From positions 1 to 52,406 of the forward strand of contig JAUCBJ010007054.1 in NCBI GenBank assembly GCA_032718475.1: a DNA stretch of 52,406 nucleotides, written 5' to 3'. Below are positions 1 to 11,200 of the stretch, piece after piece. This DNA comes from Nemertoderma westbladi. Taxonomy: Eukaryota; Animalia; Xenacoelomorpha. The notes under the pieces were generated by a model, which saw only the letters and a list, made by a program, of their open reading frames with translations, was not told the DNA's origin and did not search any database. The first letter of the stretch is position 1; every line of letters begins with the position of its first letter. Position numbers and translations under genes: made by a program.

Positions 1-741
1 ACTGGTTAACTGGCCCATACTCAATCAACGCAACATACCTAATCTAATATACCTGTGCATACTTTTATATTGTTATACTGCTATTTACTGTCGGTTCTTC
101 ATAATATGGTTGATGAATTATTATATTTGGAATAACGATAAATAACCCCGAAAACCCAATATTCTTGATATACAGAAGGTAAGAGAGACAGGTTACATAT
201 AGCGATTGTGACTTATGTTAAAGTGGTTTGAAGTGAATCTAATGTTATTTGATAGACCCTACATGAGTCGGTCTGTGTTCCTTTTATATGTGACTAAAAT
301 CAGTGAAGATCGGCAGATTAGTGTGCAGCATTGTGCAGCGTTGTGTATGAGCGAGACTGATAACGAAGCATTTCCTAAAGAATGCGCCATATATGTGAAT
401 TGTAACTAAGCCATATCGTTGTGAGTAGTTTAAGTCATAACTCTGTTTTTATAGATAGAGCGCCACGTCCTAAAGGAACTGTTAATATTCCCCGAAGGTG
501 AATAATATTGTCAGAGATTATATAATACTGTCAGTCGAATAATACATTAGGCTTACATAGCAATAAGATTAAGCCGTCGAACCCAATCTCCCGGGTATAT
601 CCAGCGGGTGAATGATCGCGCACAGATTGGTTTCGACTAGTGTAGTGAATCAAATACTTGTCAGAGGCTAAAAGTGATTTATTATCTAAAAGACATCCTA
701 ATTTGGCGGGTTAAACTGCCAAAGGTCTGAAAGCGCGAACA
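1..741 (+). mobile_element. 3' portion of a BEL/Pao-family LTR (relative of the LTRs at 20382 and 31774), inserted into a Gypsy integrase
   Basis: About 75-741 aligns with 20933-21598 with scattered substitutions and has the same end (...GGTCTGAAAGCGCGAACA). Positions 1-75 diverge from that LTR. Integrase coding sequence starts immediately after the CA. Confidence 0.9.
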
Positions 742-742
742 G

Positions 743-1648
743 CAGACTTCCAGTGATCTGTTTAGTCATGCAGGTCGCACTCATCTAATTTACGTAGATC
801 GCTTCAGTGGTTGGCCCACCGTGGCACACTTCCCGAAAACACCAACATCCGCACAAGTCATAGCATATTTGCAAGCATATTTTTGCGACACTGGTGTTCC
901 GGTCATCCTTAGAAGTGATGATGGACCACAGTACCATTCTACGGAATTCAAAACATTCTGTACAGAATGGAATGTTCAACACATAATCAGCAGTGCGGGT
1001 TATCCACAAAGTAATGGCCATGCTGAGGCCAGTGTGAAGTCCATGAAAGCCCTAGTTAAAAAATGTACAACACCCAATGGCTGCTTTGATTTAAGAAACT
1101 TCAATGAGGGTGTTCTAGAATGGCGCAACACTCCTCGTAATTCCGACCAACCTGCTCCATCTGTACTCTTATATGGACGTCTCATGCGAACAAGACTCCC
1201 TGCATCAAAGGCCACTCTATCTCCTAAATGGGAAAAAATCAAAGACTATATGGATAAGAAGGTAGCAGAGGTTCGTCGACAAAAATACCAAGATTATTAC
1301 AATCAACATACACATAGCCTCAATCCGTTGGCAATCGGCACCACAGTCTACATCCAAAATATCAACACACGCAGGTGGGACAGGATCGGACGTATTACCA
1401 AGGTCCGAGACAACGGAAGAAGTTACTATATAATTCTTCCTTCAGGACGTGTGTTATTGCGTAATAGACGGTTTCTTAGAGGAGCACCTAATACAGAATC
1501 GACTCCAAACATATCGAATGTCAAACCTGAAAACCCTAAAAATATCGGATCTGGAAATACCGTTGCCAAACCCACAGTAACACTTCGGCGTAGTTCACGA
1601 ATAACTGGCAAACCCGAACCTTATGGAACTCATCTCAATCACCAATAA
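743..1648 (+). pseudogene. Ty3/Gypsy (Mag-like) pol C-terminus: integrase core and C-terminal domain, cut off at its 5' end by the LTR insertion
   Basis: The frame is open from 743: QTSSDLFSHAGRTHLIYVDRFSGWP...RSDDGPQY...YPQSNGHAEASVK (D-D-E triad), WRNTP, RSYYIILPSGRVLLRNRRFL, and a LRRSSR...P tail. Confidence 0.92.
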
Positions 1649-1710
1649 ACACTGAAAGATGTAAAAACTGTTAGATCCGCGCCTCCATTTGTTAAAAGAA
1701 CGCGCTGATC

Positions 1711-1719
1711 TGGGGGGCG
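1711..1719 (+). promoter_or_regulatory. Polypurine tract of the Gypsy element
   Basis: TGGGGGGCG lies directly before the inferred LTR start, about 60 nt after the pol stop. Confidence 0.7.
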
Positions 1720-1933
1720 TATTGAGGACTGATTTACCCAGTTTGGAATACGGCGGGAGATTCAAACTGGAATACCGGATTCGCCAACTGGCAGACTGTC
1801 ATAATACAGTATTAATTAGTATCTATTGAGGAATATTATTGGTTACGGGTATTACTGTTAATTATCACCTCTTATGGCAATAATATAAACATTTCAGTAA
1901 TAGCTATTATTTATGCTTTTCCCGAACTCAATA
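1720..1933 (+). mobile_element. Gypsy 3' LTR (214 bp) with TATTGAG...CTCAATA terminal inverted repeat
   Basis: Starts after the PPT and ends exactly where satellite A begins. The ends form a 7-bp perfect inverted repeat. The partner LTR is outside the window. Confidence 0.75.
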
Positions 1934-4900
1934 GATAGGAGCACCGCCCACACATACATTCTGGTAGCAAATAGGAGCAGCGCCCACACCTACATTCCGG
2001 TAGCAGATAGGAGCAGTGCCCACACATAGGTACATTCCGGTAACAGATAGAAGCAGCACCCACACATACATTCTGGTAGCAGATAGGAGCAGCGCCCACA
2101 CCTACATTCCGGTAGCAGATAGGAGCAGTGCCCACACATAGGTACATTCCGGTAACAGATAGGAGCAGCACCCACACATACATTCTGGTAGCAGATAGGA
2201 GCACCGCCCACACCTACATTCCGGTAGCAGATAGGAGCAGTGCCCACACATAGGTACATTCCGGTAACAGATAGGAGCAGCACCCACACATACATTCTGG
2301 TAGCAGATAGGAGCAGCGCCCACACCTACATTCCGGTAGCAGATAGGAGCAGTGCCCACACATACATTCCGGTAGCAGATAGGAGCAACACCCACACATA
2401 CATTCCGGTAGCAGATAGGAGCAGTGCCCACACATAGGTACATTCTGGTAGCAGATAGGAGCAGCGCCCACACCTACATTCCGGTAGCAGATAGGAGCAG
2501 CGCCCACACATACATTCTGGTAGCAGATAGGAGCAGCGCCCACACATACATTCCGGTAGCAGATAGGAGCAGCGCCCACACATACATTCTGGTAGCAAAT
2601 AGGAGCAGCGCCCACACCTACATTCCGGTAGCAGATAGGAGCAGTGCCCACACATAGGTACATTCCGGTAACAGATAGGAGCAGCACCCACACATACATT
2701 CTGGTAGCAGATAGGAGCAGCGCCCACACCTACATTCCGGTAGCAGATAGGAGCAGCGCCCACACATACATTCCGGCGGCAGATAGCAGCAGCGCCCACA
2801 CATAGGTACATTCCGGTAACAGATAGGAGCAGCACCCACACATACATTCTGGTAGCAGATAGGAGCAGCGCCCACACCTACGTTCCGGTAGCAGATAGGA
2901 GCAGCGCCCACACATACATTCTGGTAGCAAATAGGAGCAGCGCCCACACCTACATTCCGGTAGCAGATAGGAGCAGTGCCCACACATAGGTACATTCCGG
3001 TAACAGATAGGAGCAGCAACCACACATACATTCTGGTAGCAGATAGGAGCAGCGCCCACACCTACATTCCGGTAGCAGATAGGAGCAGCGCCCACACATA
3101 CATTCCGGCGGCAGATAGGAGCAGCGCCCACACATAGGTACATTCCGGTAACAGATAGGAGCAGCACCCACACATACATTCTGGTAGCAGATAGGAGCAG
3201 CGCCCACACATACATTCCGGCGGCAGATAGGAGCAGCGCCCACACATAGGTACATTCCGGTAACAGATAGGAGCAGCACCCACACATACATTCTGGTAGC
3301 AGATAGGAGCAGCGCCCACACCTACATTCCGGTAGAAGATAGGAGCAGCGCCCACACATACATTCTGGTAGCAAATAGGAGCAGCGCCCACACCTACATT
3401 CCGGTAGCAGATAGGAGCAGTGCCCACACATAGGTACATTCCGGTAACAGATAGGAGCAGCACCCACACATACATTCTGGTAGCAGATAGGAGCAGCGCC
3501 CACACCTACATTCCGGTAGCAGATAGGAGCAGCGCCCACACATACATTCCGGCGGCAGATAAGAGCAGCGCCCACACATAGGTACATTCCGGTAACAGAT
3601 AGGAGCAGCACCCACACATACATTCTGGTAGCAGATAGGAGCAGCGCCCACACCTACATTCCGGTAGCAGATAGGAGCAGCGCCCACACATACATTCTGG
3701 TAGCAAATAGGAGCAGCGCCCACACCTACATTCCGGTAGCAGATAGGAGCAGTGCCCACACATAGGTACATTCCGGTAACAGATAGGAGCAGCGCCCACA
3801 CATACATTCCGGTAGCAGATAGGAGCAGCGCCCACACATACATTCTGGTAGTAGGTAGGAGCAGCGCCCACACATACATTCTGGTAGTAGGTAGGAGCAG
3901 CGCCCACACATAGGTACATTCCGGTAACAGATAGGAACAGCGCCCACACATACATTCTGGTAGCAGATAGGAGTAGCGCCCACACCTACATTCCGGTAGC
4001 AGATAGGAGCAGCGCCCACACATACATTCCGGCGGCAGATAGGAGCAGCGCCCACACATAGGTACATTCCGGTAACAGATAGGAGCAGCGTCCACACATA
4101 CATTCCGGTAGCAGATAGGAGCAGCACCCACACATACATTCTGGTAGCAGATAGGAGCAGCGCCCACACATACATTCTGGTAGGAGCAGCGCCCACACCT
4201 ACATTTCGGTAGCAGATAGGAGCAGTGCCCACACATAGGTACATTCCGGTAACAGATAGGAGCAGCACCCACACATACATTCTGGTAGCAGATAGGAGCA
4301 GCGCCCACACATAGGTACATTCCGGTAACAGATAGGAGCAGCACCCACACATACATTCTGGTAGCAGATAGGAGCAGCGCCCACACCTACATTCCGGTAG
4401 CAGATAGGAGCAGCGCCCACACATACATTCTGGTAGGAGCAGCGCCCACACCTACATTCCGGTAGCAGATAGGAGCAGTGCCCACACATAGGTACATTCC
4501 GGTAACAGATAGGAGCAGCACCCACACATACATTCTGGTAGCAGATAGGAGCAGCGCCCACACATACATTCCGGTAGCAGATAGGAGCAGCGCCCACACC
4601 TACATTCCGGTAGCAGATAGGAGCAACGCCCACACATACATTCTGTTAGCAGATAGGAGCAGCGCCCACACCTACATTCCGGTAGCAGATAGGAGCAGTG
4701 CCCACACATAGGTACATTCCGGTAACAGATAGGAGCAGCACCCACACATACATTCTGGTAGCAGATAGGAGCAGCGCCCACACCTACATTCCGGTAGCAG
4801 ATAGGAGCAGCGCCCACACATACATTCCGGCGGCAGATAGGAGCAGCGCCCACACATAGGTACATTCCGGTTACAGATAGGAGCAGCGTCCACACATACA

Positions 4901-7900
4901 TTCCGGTTACAGATAGAAGCAGCGCCCACACCTACATTCCGGTAGCAGATAGGAGCAGCGCCCACACCTATATTCCGGTAGCAGATAGGAGCAGCGCCCA
5001 CACATACATTCCGGTAGCAGATAGGAGCAGCAACCACACATACATTGTGGTAGCAGATAGGAGCAGCGCCCACACCTACATTCCGGTAGCAAATAGGAGC
5101 AGTGCCCACACATAGGTACATTCCGGTAACAGATAGGAGCAGCGCCCACACATACATTCTGGTAGCAAATAGGAGCAGCGCCCACACCTACATTCCGGTA
5201 GCAGATAGGAGCAGCGCCCACACATACATTCCGGTAGCAGATAGGAGCAGCGCACGGTAGCAGATAGGAACAGCGCCCACACATAGGTACATTCCGGTAG
5301 TTGATAGGAGCAGCGCACGGTAGCAGATAGGAGCAGCGCCCACACATAGGTACATTCCGGTAACAGATAGGAGCAGCGCCCACACTTACATTCCGGTAGC
5401 AGATAGGAGCAGCGCATGGTAGCAGATAGGAGCAGCGCCCACACATAGGTACATTCCGGTAACAGATAGGAGCAGCGCCCACACATACATTCCGGTAACA
5501 GATAGGAGCAGCGCCCACACATACATTCCGGTAGCAGATAGGAGCAGCGCCCACACATACATTCTGGTAACAGATAGGAGCAGCGCCCACACATACACTC
5601 CGGTAGCAGATAGGAGCAGCACCCACACATACATTCTGGTAGCAGATAGGAGCAGCGCCCACACATACATTCTGGTAGCAGATAGGAGCAGCGCCCACAC
5701 ATACATTATGGTAGCAGATAGGAGCAGCACCCACACATACATTCTGGTAGCAGATAGGAGCAGCGCCCACACATACACTCCGGTAGCAGATAGGAGCAGC
5801 ACCCACACATACATTCCGGTAGCAGATAGGAGCAGCGCCCACACATACATTCTGGTAACAGATAGGAGCAGCGCCCACACATACACTCCGGTAGCAGATA
5901 GGAGCAGCACCCACACATACATTCTGGTAGCAGATAGGAGCAGCGCCCACACATACATTCTGGTAACAGATAGGAGCAGCGCCCACACATACACTCCGGT
6001 AGCAGATAGGAGCAGCACCCACACATACATTCTGGTAACAGATAGGAGCAGCGCCCACACATACACTCCGGTAGCAGATAGGAGCAGCACCCACACATAC
6101 ATTCTGGTAGCAGATAGGAGCAGCGCCCACACATACATTCTGGTAGCAGATAGGAGCAGCGCCCACACATACATTATGGTAGCAGATAGGAGCAGCACCC
6201 ACACATACATTCTGGTAGCAGATAGGAGCAGCGCCCACACATACATTATGGTAGCAGATAGGAGCAGCACCCACACATACATTCCGGTAGCAGATAGGAG
6301 CAGCGCCCACACATACATTCTGGTAGCAGATAGGAGCAGCGCCCACACATACATTCCGGTAGCAGATAGGAGCAGCGCCCACACCTACATTCCGGTAGCA
6401 GATAGGAGCAGCGCCCACACATACATTCTGGTAACAGATAGGAGCAGCGCCCACACATACATTCCGGTAGCAGATAGGAGCAGCGTCCACACATACATTC
6501 TGGTAACAGATAGGAGCACCGCCCACACATACATTCCGGTAGCAGATAGGAGCAGCGCCCACACATACATTCTGGTAACAGATAGGAGCAGCGCCCACAC
6601 ATACATTCCGGTAGCAGATAGGAGCAGCGTCCACACATACATTCTGGTAACAGATAGGAGCACCGCCCACACATACATTCCGGTAGCAGATAGGAGCAGC
6701 GCCCACACATACATTCCGGTAGCAGATAGGAGCAGCGTCCACACATACATTCTGGTAACAGATAGGAGCACCGCCCACACATACATTCCGGTAGCAGATA
6801 GGAGCAGCGCCCACACATACATTCTGGTAACAGATAGGAGCAGCGCCCACACATACATTCCGGTAGCAGATAGGAGCAGCGTCCACACATACATTCTGGT
6901 AACAGATAGGAGCAGCGCCCACACATACATTCCGGTAGCAGATAGGAGCAGCGTCCACACATACATTCTGGTAGCAGATAGGAGCAGCGCCCACACAAAC
7001 ATTCTGGTTACAGATAGGAGCAGCGCCCACACATACATTCTGGTAGCAGATAGGAACAGCGCCCACACATACACTCCGGTAGCAGATAGGAGCAGCGCCC
7101 ACACCTACATTCTGGTAGCAGATAGGAGCACCGCCCACACCTACATTCTGGTAGCAGATAGGAGCAGCGCCCACACATACACTCCGGTAGCAGATAGGAG
7201 CAGCGCGCACACATACATTCCGGTAGCAGATAGAAGCAGCGCCCACACATACATTCCGGTAGCAGATAGGAGCAGCGCCCACACATACATTCTGGTAGCA
7301 GATAGGAGCAGCGCCCACACATACATTCCGGTAGCAGATAGGAGCAGCGCACGGTAGCAGATAGGAACAGCGCCCACACATAGGTACATTCCGGTAGTTG
7401 ATAGGAGCAGCGCACGGTAGCAGATAGGAGCAGCGCCCACACATACATTCCGGTAGCAGATAGGAGCAGCGCCCACACATACATTCCGGTAGCAGATAGG
7501 AGCAGCGCCCACACATACATTCTGGTAGCAGATAGGAGCAGCGCCCACACATACATTCTGGTAGCAGATAGGAGCAGCGCCCACACATACATTCCGGTAT
7601 CAGATAGGAGCAGCACCCACACATACATTCTGGTAGCAGATAGGAACAGCGCCCACACATAGGTACATTCCGGTAGTTGATAGGAGCAGCGCACGGTAGC
7701 AGATAGGAGCAGCGCCCACACATAGGTACATTCCGGTAACAGATAGGAGCAGCGCCCACACATACATTCTGGTAGCAGATAGGAGCAGCGCCCACACCTA
7801 CATTCTGGTAGCAGATAGGAACAGCGCCCACACATACATTCTGGTAGCAGATAGGAACAGCGCCCACACATAGGTACATTCCGGTAGTTGATAGGAGCAG

Positions 7901-7933
7901 CGCACGGTAGCAGATAGGAGCAGCGCCCACACA
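1934..7933. repeat. Minisatellite A, 36-bp unit GTAGCAGATAGGAGCAGCGCCCACACATACATTCCG, roughly 160 copies
   Basis: Direct tandem repetition. It has 40-bp variants (+GGTA) forming a 112-bp higher-order unit on the left, nearly pure 36-mers at about 5460-7350, and 23-bp variants near 5230-5420 and 7330-7910. Confidence 0.98.
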
Positions 7934-8225
7934 GGCAGTTAAAATGTTTAAATGCTGAAACCGACGCAGTCAGACTGACTCATTTTACCGTACGAGCCTG
8001 TACCCGTTCGCGGTCCAGGAACCGGTCGTAGCTTTTTGTAGTTTTACCTTTTATTTATTTTAACTACCTTCATTGATTTTAGTGGTACTGTACCCTGCAG
8101 CGCCGGCACATTGGTGCTATACGGTAGCTGCAGTTTTAATAACGGTCTACCGGTACTGTACTGTCATTTTACTTACCATATCGTCGTACACAAGACTCGT
8201 CGTACCGGGTTTGGGATTCAATAAA

Positions 8226-11200
8226 ATGGATAAACTTAAAAAGATGAACACCAAGCGACTAAAACTTTTGTTGAGCAATCGGAATCTTTCCACCTCTGGA
8301 TCGCGAGGAGAACTGCTTCTTCGAGCTGAAACAGCAAACCTTTGTTCTGAGCCCGAAGATCCTAAATTAACGGACGAGTCGCTCGATATTTCCAGTAGAC
8401 CCGTGGATCGGACGGCCAACATCTCCAGTAAACCTTTGGATCAGTCCAATATCTCCACCAGTAAACCCGAGGATCGGCTGGATACCTCCAGTATACCTGT
8501 GGACCAGCTCCATGCCTCCAGTAAACTCACGGATCAGCCGGGTTCCTCTAGTAAACCCGCGGATCAACTCGAAATCTTAAGTAAACCTGCGGATCAGCTC
8601 GAAACCTTAAGTAAACCCGCGGATCAGCTCGAAACCTTAAGTAAACCCGCAGATCAGCTCGAAACCTTAAGTAAACCCGCGGATCAGCTTGATACCCCCA
8701 GTAAACCTGTGGATCAGCTTGATACCTCCAGTAAACCTGTGGAACAGCTAGATACCTCCAGTAAACCTGTGGATCAGCTAGATACCTCCAGTAAACATGC
8801 AGATCAGCCGGTTACCTCTAGTAAACCTGTGGATCAGCTCGAAACCTCAAGTAAACCAGTGGATCAGCTTGATACCTCCAGTAAACATGCAGATCAGCTG
8901 GTTACCTCTAGTAAACCTGTGGATCAGCTAGATTCCTCCTGTAAACATGAAGATCAGCTGGTTACCTCTAATAAACATGTGGGTCAACTCGATACCTCCA
9001 GTAAACCCGCGGATCAGCTTGATACCTCCAGTAAACCTGTGGATCAGCTAGATACCTCGACTAAACCGGTGGATCAGCACGATAGCTCCAGTAAACCTAT
9101 GGATCTGGTCGATACCTCTAGTAAACCTGTGGATCTGGTCGATACCTGTAGTAAACCAGCGGATCAACTTGATATGGAACCTGTGGTTCAGCTCCATACC
9201 TCCTGTAAACCTGTGGATCTGTCTGATACCACCAGTAAACCTGTGGATCAGCTTGATACATCCAGTAAACCTGTGGATCAGCTAGATACCTCCAGTAAAC
9301 ATGCAGATCAGCTGGTTACCTTTAGTAAACCTGTGGATCAGCTAGATACCTCCTGTAAACATGAAGATCAGCTGGTTACCTCTAATAAACATGTGGGTCA
9401 ACTCGATACCTCCAGTAAACCCGCGGATCAGCTTGATACCTCCAGTAAACCTGTGGATCAGCTAGATACCTCGACTCAACCGGTGGATCAGCACGATAGC
9501 TCCTGTAAACCTGTGGATCTGGTCGATACCTCTAGTAAACCTGTAGATCTGGTCGATACCTGTAGTAGACCAGCGGATCAACTTGATATGGAACCTGTGG
9601 TTCAGCTCCATACCTCCTCCTGTAAACCTGTGGATCTGTCTGATACCACCAGTAAACCTGTGGATCAGCTCGATACCTCCCGTAAACCTGTGGATCAGCA
9701 TGATACACGTCCCATGGATCAGCCTGATAAACCTCCAATGGATCAGCCAATCATTGACAATAAACCGATGGATATTGTATATTTAGGCCAAGTGATATGC
9801 AGTATACCATCTGACGCTACTGATATCTCCACTACACCGGAGTTTCCTTTGCGTGGTCCACTGGCTAGAGTGAGCCCGGGCATCCATACAGCAATGACCT
9901 CTAGCCAGGAGGATGTCCAGCTGATTGATAAATCCATAAAAGAATCTGTAACTGTGGGATGTAATAGATCAGCAGGCTCACCTACAACAAATAGTATAGA
10001 TAATGGTAGTGGTTCTATTACAGGTACAACTGCTGCCTATCCAGATGTCCCAGCCCAGGCGAGCCCGGGCATCCATACAACAATGAACCCAGGCCGGGAT
10101 GTCAATCGCACCACCACACTAAGTCCTGATGCTTTGCCATTCAACCCCCCAATAGTAGAAGATCTGCAGGAGGATGGTCGCTGGTTGCTACGAAGTCCCA
10201 AACCGAGTAATAAAAAGTCTAAAGATACTACAATAACTCACTTTTTCCACCCTATTAAATCAGAAACGGTGAAAAACAAATTGAATGATGAATCCAATAA
10301 ATCAGTTTATATGGTGCACCCGGACAGCTCACAGCAACCTTTATCAGGTAAGATATTAGTTCATCTAATGCAGGAATATCTGTCAGATTTACCTACAGAC
10401 CCATTGGGACCTGTCGACCCTTTGTGGTCATCAATGGAAACATTAAATGGGAAGTCATGGATTGATGACAATGTTATTGACAGTTTTCTGTCTATAATTA
10501 GTATTGCTTTACCACACACCGCTTCGATTATGGCTGTCCTCACAACTAAGCTGCAAAATCCTAACTATGACAAGCTGAGTGCCATAAAGTATGTTGCACG
10601 TCATTACTTGAGTTCCTGCAAAAAAACAGAAACACAGCTGATGTTTTTCCCAGAATGCACCAACCACCATTGGGTCTTACATGTTGCGGACACCAATCAT
10701 AAAACAGTATACATGCTGAACTCTATGCCATCGTCTAATACACCATCTAAAACAACTGTTGAGATAGCCAACCTCTTGAACCACATTGACCTATACAATA
10801 GGGTGAACCAGCACCAGAATACAACACTTAAATGGACAACAACTGTGAGCGAATGTTCGAATAGTTTTCCCAAGCAAAATAATACATGGGACTGTGGTGC
10901 GTATGTGTGTCTGTATGTATTGGCCATTGCTCAAAATCTAAACACAGTATCTAAAATCCATAAAGACAGCACATCCTGTAGACAATGGATTAAAAACTGT
11001 CTTTCAGATATGAAAATTGTGCATCATAAAGACGTTATCTTCGATTTCATGTATGTACCAGGGTTTAATGATGAATTTGGTGATATTAATGGGGACAATG
11101 GAACCTTAGATGACAATACACCTCAACCGGCTCCAGCTGGCTTTAGTGAACTGTGTGGAATTCTGCAGCATCCAAGAAAAGATGCAATCAACTTTCTGTT

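Noticed and set aside
1911-7930. Long Cys-rich or repetitive ORFs (up to 1007 aa) on both strands
   Set aside because: By-products of a stop-free 36-bp unit. The 40-bp and 23-bp variants shift frames freely, and there is no unique start or end.
1934-7933. Donor-like GTATGT/GTAGGT on the minus strand of satellite A
   Set aside because: Only a hexamer match, antisense to the other genes, and with no adjacent exon visible.
8073-8225. Hydrophobic N-terminal extension of ORF1
   Set aside because: It starts at TTG, a prokaryotic-style call. The first ATG at 8226 directly precedes the SAP motif.
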